A stretch of DNA of 64,000 nt, taken from the NCBI GenBank assembly GCA_963736515.1, contig CAVTPE010000024.1, forward strand, positions 35,017-99,016, read 5' to 3'. The position numbers were made by a program, and so were the translations under genes. Every line of letters starts with the position of its first letter. Position 1 is the first letter of the stretch. The stretch is from an uncultured Acidimicrobiaceae bacterium. Lineage in GTDB: Bacteria > Actinomycetota > Acidimicrobiia > Acidimicrobiales > RAAP-2. The notes beneath the pieces are model-generated. The model saw nothing but the letters and a program-made list of their open reading frames with translations, had not been told where the DNA came from and made no database searches. Positions 1-9,960 of this stretch are shown here, piece after piece.

Positions 1-35
1 CCGGCGCGTCGTAAACACCGGACCTCGCCCGATCG

Positions 36-2162
<2,127 letters not shown>

Positions 2163-2304
2163 TCAAAATGCAACCATTGGGCGGCCGACCGCCCGGTTCC
2201 GCCGGACCCCTTACGGCGGCCACTGCCGCCCGCGCTACGGTCCCCGCGGCGGATGCCGGCGCCAGGCCGCGCAGGAACGAGATCAAGGGGAAGGCCAGAG
2301 CACC

Positions 2305-3270
2305 ATGCGAACCCGCCTCACCGAGCTGCTCGGTATCGAGCACCCCGTCATGTTGGCCGGCATGGGAGGGGTCTCCTATTCCGAGCTGGCCGCAGCAGTC
2401 TCGGACGCGGGCGGCTTCGGCTGCCTCGGCGCCTCCACCATGGGCGACGAGATGATGGCAGCCGAGATCGCTGCCGTCCGCCGGGCCACCGACAAGCCTT
2501 TCGGCGTCGATCTCCTCACGGCGATGCCCGGCGGCATGAGCGACCAGGTCAAGATGATCATCGAGGGCGGCGCGTCGGCCTTCGTCGCGGGGCTCGGGGT
2601 CCCGACCGAGGTCGTCGACCTCTGTCACAACCACGACGTGATCGTCGTCAGCATGTGCGGCAAGGTCGAGCACGCGCGGCGCGCCGTCGACGCCGGCTGC
2701 GACCTGGTGGTGGCACAGGGAACCGAGGCGGGAGGGCACACCGGGCAGGTCGCCTCCTTCCCCCTCGTTCCCCAGATCGTCGATGCGGTCGGCGCCCACG
2801 TCCCGGTCGTGGCCGCCGGGGGCGTCTTCGACGGCCGCGGCCTGGCTGCCGCGTTGGCGCTCGGCGCCGACGGCGTCTGGGTGGGGACCCGCTTCATTGC
2901 GACACCCGAGGCTCGGGGCGTCCTCGGGTACAAGGAAAAATTGTTGGTGAGCCGGGAGGACCAGACCACCGTCAGCCGCGCCTATTCGGGCAAGACCATG
3001 CGTGTGGTGCGGAACCAGTACACCGACTACTACGACAGCCATCCCGACGAGCTGAAGAAGTTCCCCGACCAGCTCGGGATCGCCTACGGGAACGGTGCCA
3101 TGCACCTCGGGGGTGACTCCTTCAGCGAGGGCGTGGACGTTGACAAGGAGTGCTACCCGGCGGGCCAGGGCGTGGGTGCCATCACGGAGCTCGTCCCGGC
3201 GGGTGAGCTCGTCCGGCGCTTCGTGGTCGAAGCCGAAGTGGTCCTCGACCGCCTGTCGGGTCTGCGCTGA
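2305..3270 (+). CDS. nitronate monooxygenase / 2-nitropropane dioxygenase family (FMN, FabK-like)
   Basis: 321 aa. N-terminus LLGIEHPVMLAGMGGVS, plus VAQGTEAGGH and AAGGVFDGRGLAAALALGADGVWVGTRF, all typical of the NMO family. Confidence 0.85.
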   Translation: MRTRLTELLGIEHPVMLAGMGGVSYSELAAAVSDAGGFGCLGASTMGDEMMAAEIAAVRRATDKPFGVDLLTAMPGGMSDQVKMIIEGGASAFVAGLGVPTEVVDLCHNHDVIVVSMCGKVEHARRAVDAGCDLVVAQGTEAGGHTGQVASFPLVPQIVDAVGAHVPVVAAGGVFDGRGLAAALALGADGVWVGTRFIATPEARGVLGYKEKLLVSREDQTTVSRAYSGKTMRVVRNQYTDYYDSHPDELKKFPDQLGIAYGNGAMHLGGDSFSEGVDVDKECYPAGQGVGAITELVPAGELVRRFVVEAEVVLDRLSGLR

Positions 3271-3343
3271 CCAGCGCCGGGGGACTGTCGCGCATGCACC
3301 GTGGCGTTCGCGGGCACGTGGACCCAGTGGGTCGAGGCCGCCG

Positions 3344-4165
3344 ATGACGATCGGCTCTTCCGCTGCGCCCCGGGTCGCACTCATCACGGGCGCGAACCAC
3401 GGCATCGGCGCCGCCACGGCCAAGGCCCTGGCCGCCCAGGGCAGCGCCGTTCTGTGTGCCTACTTCCGGAGTGAACGGCTCGGCGGACTCGACGACGCGT
3501 CACTCCCGACGGCGTACCGGGCGACCCGGATGGCCCGCGCCGACTTCGTCGCCGAGTCCATCAGGGCGGCCGGGGGCAGCGCGGTGGCGATGGAGGCGGA
3601 CCTGTCCGATGCGTCGAGCGCGCCCGCACTGTTCGACGCCGCCGAATCCGAGCTGGGGCCGGTGCAGATCCTGGTGAACAACGCGTCGGGGTGGGTCGCC
3701 GACACCTTCCTCCCCGCTGCGGTGCACCGTTTCGGGCGGCCGCTGCCTCTCGTGAATCCAACCACCCTTGACCAGGTCCTCGCGGTCGACGCCCGGGCGG
3801 CGGCGCTCCTGATCGCCGAGTTCGCCCGCCGTCACGTCGACCGGGGCGGCGACTGGGGCCGCATCATCGGCTTGACGTCGGGCGGTCCGGACGGGTTCCC
3901 CGAGGAGGTCTCCTACGGGGCCGCCAAGGCGGCGCAGGTCAACTTCACCCTCAGCGCGGCCGCCGAGCTGGCACGCTTCGGCGTGACCGCCAACGTCGTG
4001 CACCCGCCCATCACCGACACCGGGTGGATCAACACGAGGACGGCCGCGTGGGCGCAGTCGGCCGGCCGGCGCGTCGCCACGCCCCGCCAGGTGGCCGACG
4101 TGATCGCCTACCTCGCTTCGGACGCCGCCGCGCTCGTCACGGGCAACGTCGTCCACCTTCGCTGA
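3344..4165 (+). CDS. SDR-family oxidoreductase
   Basis: Rossmann motif ALITGANHGIGAA, NNAS, and catalytic YGAAKAA. I chose the in-frame ATG at 3344; the ORF-track start at 3095 lies inside the upstream gene. Confidence 0.8.
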   Translation: MTIGSSAAPRVALITGANHGIGAATAKALAAQGSAVLCAYFRSERLGGLDDASLPTAYRATRMARADFVAESIRAAGGSAVAMEADLSDASSAPALFDAAESELGPVQILVNNASGWVADTFLPAAVHRFGRPLPLVNPTTLDQVLAVDARAAALLIAEFARRHVDRGGDWGRIIGLTSGGPDGFPEEVSYGAAKAAQVNFTLSAAAELARFGVTANVVHPPITDTGWINTRTAAWAQSAGRRVATPRQVADVIAYLASDAAALVTGNVVHLR

Positions 4166-4594
4166 CCGGATAGGGCCGCCCGACCCGGGATGTATCCGGT
4201 CCGGGGCCGGCCGACCGGGCACGAGACAGGCAGCTCTCCATGGTCAATAGCCGGGGGTTGGCTTCCAGAGAGTGCCGGCGGCACCGATCGAGCCAGCAGC
4301 CGATGCGGTTCGGCGATGGTCACGGGGGTCTGCGTTCCCGACCTGCGCCCGGCCGCCGTGACCCTCTGCGACCTGCCCCGACGCATAAACCCTCACCACG
4401 CCTCTTCACCGTGGGAGCCAAGCCGGCGATGCTCCGATCCCGAAACGGGGCGCTGAGGCTGTCTTTGTGCAGGTCCAGCACGATTTCCTGAAATCGCGTG
4501 ACATCATGAACTTATCCGATATATCATTAGCATTACGTAAACGACCGTGAGAACGGTCCGGCCCGGGAAGGGCCCCGAACCCAAGGAGTCATCC

Positions 4595-5212
4595 ATGACA
4601 CACACACACGATCAAGATCACGACTACGACCACGACCGTCACCGTGACCACGACCACGACCGTGACCACGACAACCATGACCACGAGCACGAGCACCTCC
4701 ACGATCGCCACTTCGGCGGTCGGGGCATGCGGGGCCCCCGCGGTCGCTGGGGTGGCGGGCGCGGCGGATGGGGCGGCGGGCGACGTATGCCGCGTGGCGC
4801 CATCCGCACGGCCATCCTGGTCGCCCTGCGCGACGATCCGGGGCACGGGTACGAGGTCATGCGCCGGCTCGAGGAGATGAGCGGGGGGCTATGGCGTCCG
4901 AGCCCAGGGTCTATCTACCCGCACCTCCAGATGCTCGAGGACGAGGGCATGGTGCAGTCCTCCGACGTCGAGGGCAGCCGCACCTTCACCCTGACCGAGA
5001 AGGGCCGAGCGGAAGCCAATAAGGCGACGCTCCCCTGGCAGGAAGGCGGCGAGTCCGACGACGACGTGCGCACCCTTCGCCTCGGCGTGGGTCAGCTCAT
5101 GAGCGCCGCGAAGCAGCTCGCCGGCGCCGGCGAGAAGGCGCAGATCGAGCGGGGCATCGGCGTCATCCAGAAGGCGCGCAAAGAGCTCTACCAGATCCTG
5201 GCCGAGGACTGA
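4595..5212 (+). CDS. PadR-family transcriptional regulator with a His/Asp-rich and RGG-rich N-terminal extension
   Basis: PadR core ILVALRDDPGHGYEVMRRLEEMSGGLWRPSPGSIYPHLQMLEDEGMV. GGAG at 4585-4588 precedes the ATG at 4595. N-terminus is THTHDQDHDYDHDRHRDHDHDRDHDNHDHEHEH. Confidence 0.85.
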   Translation: MTHTHDQDHDYDHDRHRDHDHDRDHDNHDHEHEHLHDRHFGGRGMRGPRGRWGGGRGGWGGGRRMPRGAIRTAILVALRDDPGHGYEVMRRLEEMSGGLWRPSPGSIYPHLQMLEDEGMVQSSDVEGSRTFTLTEKGRAEANKATLPWQEGGESDDDVRTLRLGVGQLMSAAKQLAGAGEKAQIERGIGVIQKARKELYQILAED

Positions 5213-5267
5213 CACCCGGAAAGGTGCGAGGCCGCTGAGAGCGGCCCGATACTGTGCAGAAGAAGCC

Positions 5268-6266
5268 ATGACCACGACGACCACCGCCACGCCGCCCGTA
5301 GACGGCGCCCGTGCAGACGGAGCTCCGATCATCGAGACCGTCGGTCTCACGAAGACCTACGCGGGAACTGACTTCCGTGCCGTCGACGGGCTCAACCTGC
5401 GGGTCGGGACGGGCGAGGTCTTCGGCCTCCTCGGCCCGAACGGCGCTGGGAAGACCACGACCATCGGCGTCCTGACCACCCGGGTCATCCCCACAGGGGG
5501 TCAGGCGCTCATCGGCGGCATCGACGTCGTGCAGCACCCGACACTCATCAAGCAATTGATCGGCGTGGTGTCGCAGCAGAACACGTTGGATCGCCAACTC
5601 ACGCCCTTCGAGAACCTCTACTGGCATGGACGCCTATTCGGGATGGGAGCGAAGGAGTCGCGCCAGGTCGCGGACGACCTCCTCGACCGGTTCCAACTGG
5701 CGCGCTTCGCCAAGGCGTCGGTCTACGCCCTCTCTGGCGGGATGGCTCAACGCCTCATGGTGGCCCGGGCCATCTTCCACCGGCCGGCAGTCCTCTTCCT
5801 CGACGAACCCACCGCCGGGCTCGACCCCCAGGGTCGGCTCGCCCTGTGGGAGTTGCTCGAAGGCCTCAACGCCGAGGGTCAGACCATCATGCTCACCACG
5901 CATTACATGGAAGAAGCGGACAAGCTCTGCGACCGTGTGGCGATCATGGACCACGGCAGGATTCTCGCCCTCGACACGCCGGCCGAACTGAAGCGGAGCG
6001 TCGGCGCGGACACCATCGTGACAGTGAAAGCCACTGGAGACACCGGCCAGTTGGCCGAAGTGTTCAAGGCCCGCCTCGAAGGCCTGACGCGGACGCGCGC
6101 CCTGCCCGATGGAGTGGAGCTGCAGATTCGCGGTGCCGATCGGCTGGTCCCACGGGTGGTCGAGGCTGCGGAAGCCGGCGGATTCTCCCTGGCCGACCTA
6201 TCGGTGGCGGAGCCCACCCTCGAGACGGTCTTCATCGGGCTGACCGGAAAGGAACTACGCGACTAG
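5268..6266 (+). CDS. ABC transporter ATP-binding protein (ABC-2/DrrA-like exporter type)
   Basis: Walker A GPNGAGKTT, signature LSGGMAQRL, Walker B LFLDEPTAGLD. Confidence 0.9.
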   Translation: MTTTTTATPPVDGARADGAPIIETVGLTKTYAGTDFRAVDGLNLRVGTGEVFGLLGPNGAGKTTTIGVLTTRVIPTGGQALIGGIDVVQHPTLIKQLIGVVSQQNTLDRQLTPFENLYWHGRLFGMGAKESRQVADDLLDRFQLARFAKASVYALSGGMAQRLMVARAIFHRPAVLFLDEPTAGLDPQGRLALWELLEGLNAEGQTIMLTTHYMEEADKLCDRVAIMDHGRILALDTPAELKRSVGADTIVTVKATGDTGQLAEVFKARLEGLTRTRALPDGVELQIRGADRLVPRVVEAAEAGGFSLADLSVAEPTLETVFIGLTGKELRD

Positions 6267-7177
6267 TGGCCGCGACTACCTCTGAGACCCTCCCGGCAGC
6301 CTCATTCGGCACTCCGGGTACGCGCCAGCTCGAGTTGAGGCCGACCCGCTCGGCGACCTCGGCCAGCCGGACCTCGCTGCGCGCCCTCATCCAGCGCGAC
6401 CTCGTCGTGCTCTGGAAGCACAAGATCGAGTTCACCGTGCGCACGCTGGTGCAGCCGTTCCTGTTGTGCTTCGTCTTCCTCTATGTGTTCCCCAAGATCG
6501 GCCAGGGCATCGGCGGGGCCAGCGGCGTCCCCGGCGCCGAGTCGGCCTTCGCAACGGTCCTGGTGCCCGGCGTCGTCGGGCTTTCGATCATGTTCCAGGG
6601 CATCCAGGCCGTGGCGATGCCCATGGCGCAGGAGTTCGGCTTCACCCGCGAGATCGAGGACAGGGTCCAGGCCCCATGCCCGATCTGGTTGGTGGCGATC
6701 TCCAAGGTGATCTCGGGCGGTGCCCAGGGTCTCCTGTCGGCCGCCATCGTCCTGCCCATCGCCTCGGTCGTGCATGCCGCGGGCGTCGAGGCGCAAATCA
6801 ATCTCCACTGGCTGCTTATCCTGACGCTGGTGCCCCTGTCCTGCGTCTGCATGGCGTCCCTGGGCCTGCTCCTCGGGACTTCGTTCGAACCCCGAAACCT
6901 GGGTCTCATGTTCGGGTTCATCGTGCTCCCGATCACCTTCCTCGGTGGCACCTATTACCAGTGGACGCGGTTGGCGCCCGTGAAGGCCGGGTCGATCCAT
7001 TGGCTGCAGATCATCGTCCTGGTGAACCCTCTCATCTACATCAATGACGGAATCCGCGCCGCCTTCACGGACGCCGCGCACATGCATCTCTACATCGTCT
7101 ATCCCGCCATCGTCGCCTTCAGCGTTGTCTTCTTGACACTCGGTCTGCGCAACTTCAGACACAAAGTGCTGGCCTGA
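6266..7177 (+). CDS. ABC-2 type transporter permease
   Basis: The GTG at 6266 overlaps the TAG of the ATPase gene. About 6 hydrophobic spans (LVQPFLLCFVFLYVFPKIG...). Confidence 0.8.
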   Translation: MAATTSETLPAASFGTPGTRQLELRPTRSATSASRTSLRALIQRDLVVLWKHKIEFTVRTLVQPFLLCFVFLYVFPKIGQGIGGASGVPGAESAFATVLVPGVVGLSIMFQGIQAVAMPMAQEFGFTREIEDRVQAPCPIWLVAISKVISGGAQGLLSAAIVLPIASVVHAAGVEAQINLHWLLILTLVPLSCVCMASLGLLLGTSFEPRNLGLMFGFIVLPITFLGGTYYQWTRLAPVKAGSIHWLQIIVLVNPLIYINDGIRAAFTDAAHMHLYIVYPAIVAFSVVFLTLGLRNFRHKVLA

Positions 7178-7695
7178 ATCTGCGTCTCGACGACGGGAGC
7201 GAGGTCGCACCGAGGCTCACAAACCCAAGCGAGCTCCACCGAGGAGGAGGCTGGGGCGACGACCGACCGGGCACGCTGCAGGACCAGGTCGTCCCGTACA
7301 CGGCATGTGCCGACAGAAGGTCGCCGCGCGGCGGTGCCGGCCCGGTCCCCGGCGCCAGCCGCCTCGATCCGACCGAGAATGCCGCGTCAGCCAGTCGACT
7401 GCGGCTAAATCCGTATCCGTCTCGATCACCCGAGAACATGCCTCTAATCACGTCACCCGAGAGCAGCGATTTGTTGGGCGAGCTCTGCGCCGATCCTCGC
7501 TCGGGACGGGACCTCGGAAGTCATTTCGACCGCCGCCGATCCGGGCAGCGGTGGAACCCAGGCCGCCTGACGACCTGGCTTTTGCGTGAATAATGCAACA
7601 ATCGCGTCTGACCTCGGGCACTACTGGGTAGGGTGAACCCACCGTGCAGCCAGCTTGTGCAACCGCTCCGGGCGGGTGGCGAAGGGACGGATCTC

Positions 7696-8970
7696 ATGGA
7701 CATGACCGGTCGAGAAACGCCGTCCGATCTCCCGGGCGCCTACGCGCAGGTTCGGGCCACCACCGAGCGGTTGGCCTCTGTCCTGAGCGCAGAGGATCAG
7801 ACCGTCCAGACGATGCCGGACGTGAGTCCGACGAAGTGGCACAGGGCTCATGTCACGTGGTTCTTCGAGACGTTCCTTCTCAGCGAATACGCCACCGGAT
7901 ACCGCGCGTTCGACGATGCGTACGCCTACATCTTCAACTCGTACTACGAGGCCATGGGAGCCCGCCATCCCCGGACTGAACGTGGCCTCCTCTCCCGTCC
8001 CGGGATCGACGAGATTGCCCGCTATCGATTCTTCGTCGACAGCGCCATGGAGGCGCTCCTCCACCATCCCGATCAGCCCGGCCTCACCGAGCTGATCATC
8101 CTGGGGCTGCACCATGAGCAGCAGCATCAGGAATTGCTGCTCATGGACATCAAGCACGTGTTGTCCCGGAATCCCCTGCACCCCGCGTACCTCTCCGGCC
8201 CATCGGAGCCCTCGCGCATCGCCCCCCCCAAGGCGGGATGGATCGAGCACGACGGCGGTCCTGTCGAGATCGGGCACCGCGGAGACGGTTTCGGCTTCGA
8301 CAACGAGTTTCCCGTGCACACTGTGTACCTGACCCCGTTCGGGCTCGCCGACAGGCCGGTCACCTGCGGCGAATGGCTCTCGTTCATTGAGGACGACGGC
8401 TACTCCAGGCCCGAGTTCTGGCTCTCCGACGGCTGGGCCGTCGTCAACACCCAGCGTTGGGACTCACCCCTGTATTGGTCCCGAGACCCCGACGACCCGG
8501 AGCGCTGGCTCCAGTTCACCCTCTCGGGCGTCCGACCCGTCGATCCGAACGAACCGGTCTGCCACATCAGCTACTACGAAGCGGACGCGTTCGCCCACTG
8601 GACCGGCATGCGACTGCCCACCGAGTCGGAGTGGGAGACGATCGCCCTGACCCACGGCGAGGGCGACAACTTCTTGCACGATGATGTTCTTTCGAGCGGG
8701 GCACCGCACCCGCGGCCCGCCATCTCCGCCAATGGCATCTTCGGGGACACCTGGGAATGGACCTCGAGCGCCTATTCGCCGTATCCCGGATTCCGGGCTG
8801 CCCCGGGCGCAGTGGGCGAGTACAACGGGAAGTTCATGGTGAGCCAGTACGTGTTGCGCGGCGGGTGTTGCGCCACCCCGGCCGGGCACGTCCGCCCCAC
8901 GTATCGCAACTTCTTCCCGCCGGGCGCCCGCTGGCCTTTCGGCGGGTTGCGTCTCGCCCGGGACCCCTGA
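7696..8970 (+). CDS. egtB: ergothioneine biosynthesis sulfoxide synthase EgtB (DinB-like plus FGE-like domains)
   Basis: PDVSPTKWHRAHVTWFFETFLL, GLHHEQQHQELLLMDIKHVL, and the C-terminal FGE-type motif RGGCCATPAGHVRPTYRNFFPP. Start is ATG 7696; the longest ORF starts at 7633. Confidence 0.85.
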   Translation: MDMTGRETPSDLPGAYAQVRATTERLASVLSAEDQTVQTMPDVSPTKWHRAHVTWFFETFLLSEYATGYRAFDDAYAYIFNSYYEAMGARHPRTERGLLSRPGIDEIARYRFFVDSAMEALLHHPDQPGLTELIILGLHHEQQHQELLLMDIKHVLSRNPLHPAYLSGPSEPSRIAPPKAGWIEHDGGPVEIGHRGDGFGFDNEFPVHTVYLTPFGLADRPVTCGEWLSFIEDDGYSRPEFWLSDGWAVVNTQRWDSPLYWSRDPDDPERWLQFTLSGVRPVDPNEPVCHISYYEADAFAHWTGMRLPTESEWETIALTHGEGDNFLHDDVLSSGAPHPRPAISANGIFGDTWEWTSSAYSPYPGFRAAPGAVGEYNGKFMVSQYVLRGGCCATPAGHVRPTYRNFFPPGARWPFGGLRLARDP

Positions 8971-8973
8971 TCC

Positions 8974-9945
8974 ATGTCGTACACCATCGACGTCCATCTC
9001 TCTCCCGAGGAGGTACGCCGCCAGATGCTGGCCGACGCGCTGAAAGGGCTCCAGGGCGAGGAGAAATCCATTCCTCCGGTGTGGTTCTACGACGAGCGGG
9101 GCAGCCGCCTGTTCGAAGAGATCACCCAGCTCCCGGAGTACTACCCCACCCGAGCGGAGCGTGCGCTCCTGGAGGCGCACGCCACATCCATCGCCGAGCT
9201 GTCGAAGGCCGACACACTCGTCGAGCTGGGCGCGGGCGCATGCGAGAAGACACGTGTGCTGCTGAGCGCCCTCCAGGACGCCGGCACCCTGTCGAGGTAC
9301 GTGCCGTTCGACGTGAGCGACGAGTTCCTCCGCAGCGCAGCCACCACACTTTCGGAGGAATTCGACTCCCTGGATATCCACGTGGTCATCGGTGATTTCC
9401 ATCATCACCTAGCCGAGATCCCGACCGAGGGGCGGCGAATGATCGCCTTCCTGGGTGGGACCATCGGAAATCTGAACCCCAAGCAGCGTGCCCGTTTCCT
9501 CTTCGACCTGAACTGCACCATGTCGAGCAACGATTCGCTGCTGATCGGTACCGATCTCGTCAAGGACAGGGACCGGCTCGTCGCGGCCTACGACGATGCG
9601 GCCGGCGTGACGGCGGACTTCAACCGCAACGTGCTCCAGGTGCTCAATGTGCAGCTCGGAGGTGACTTCGATCCGGACCTCTTCCGGCATGTCGCGCTAT
9701 GGAACGAGGATGAGCAATGGATCGAGATGCGGCTCCGCGCCGACGAGGCGAACGAGGTCGCACTCACCGGTGCCGGGATCACTGTTCGGTTCGATGAGGG
9801 CGAAGACTTGCTGACCGAGATCAGTGCCAAGTTCACCCCCGAGCGAGTGGAGGGCGAGCTCTCGGAGGCCGGCTTCGTCGTCGAGGGGATGTGGGGGGCG
9901 GAAGACGGCGAATTCCTACTTACCCTCGCACACCCCATCTGCTGA
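8974..9945 (+). CDS. egtD: L-histidine N-alpha-methyltransferase EgtD
   Basis: KSIPPVWFYDERGSRLFEEITQLPEYYPTRAERALL and ELGAGACEKTRVLL are typical EgtD motifs. The gene starts 3 nt after egtB. Confidence 0.88.
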   Translation: MSYTIDVHLSPEEVRRQMLADALKGLQGEEKSIPPVWFYDERGSRLFEEITQLPEYYPTRAERALLEAHATSIAELSKADTLVELGAGACEKTRVLLSALQDAGTLSRYVPFDVSDEFLRSAATTLSEEFDSLDIHVVIGDFHHHLAEIPTEGRRMIAFLGGTIGNLNPKQRARFLFDLNCTMSSNDSLLIGTDLVKDRDRLVAAYDDAAGVTADFNRNVLQVLNVQLGGDFDPDLFRHVALWNEDEQWIEMRLRADEANEVALTGAGITVRFDEGEDLLTEISAKFTPERVEGELSEAGFVVEGMWGAEDGEFLLTLAHPIC

Positions 9946-9960
9946 GCGCCCGACGGCGAC

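Noticed and set aside
4190-4490. Possible riboswitch or known ncRNA (RNase P, SRP, tmRNA, 6S, cobalamin) in the long spacer.
   Set aside because: I could find none of the signature sequences I know for these families. Only generic GC hairpins are present. It is left as an unassigned spacer in the findings.
5230-5246. The hairpin GGCCGCT-gag-AGCGGCC between padR and the ABC ATPase as an intrinsic terminator.
   Set aside because: No U-tract follows it, and it lies inside a likely operon. At most it is a weak structure element.
7155-7451. Minus-strand ORFs (98 aa and 70 aa) upstream of egtB as real genes.
   Set aside because: They have poor coding character, no RBS or motif, and mutually overlapping frames. 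At best they are decayed remnants.
7696-8970. The FGE-like domain of EgtB as the maturase for the sulfatases in the window.
   Set aside because: The N-terminal DinB-like domain and the adjacency to egtD identify it as the ergothioneine sulfoxide synthase, not a formylglycine-generating enzyme.
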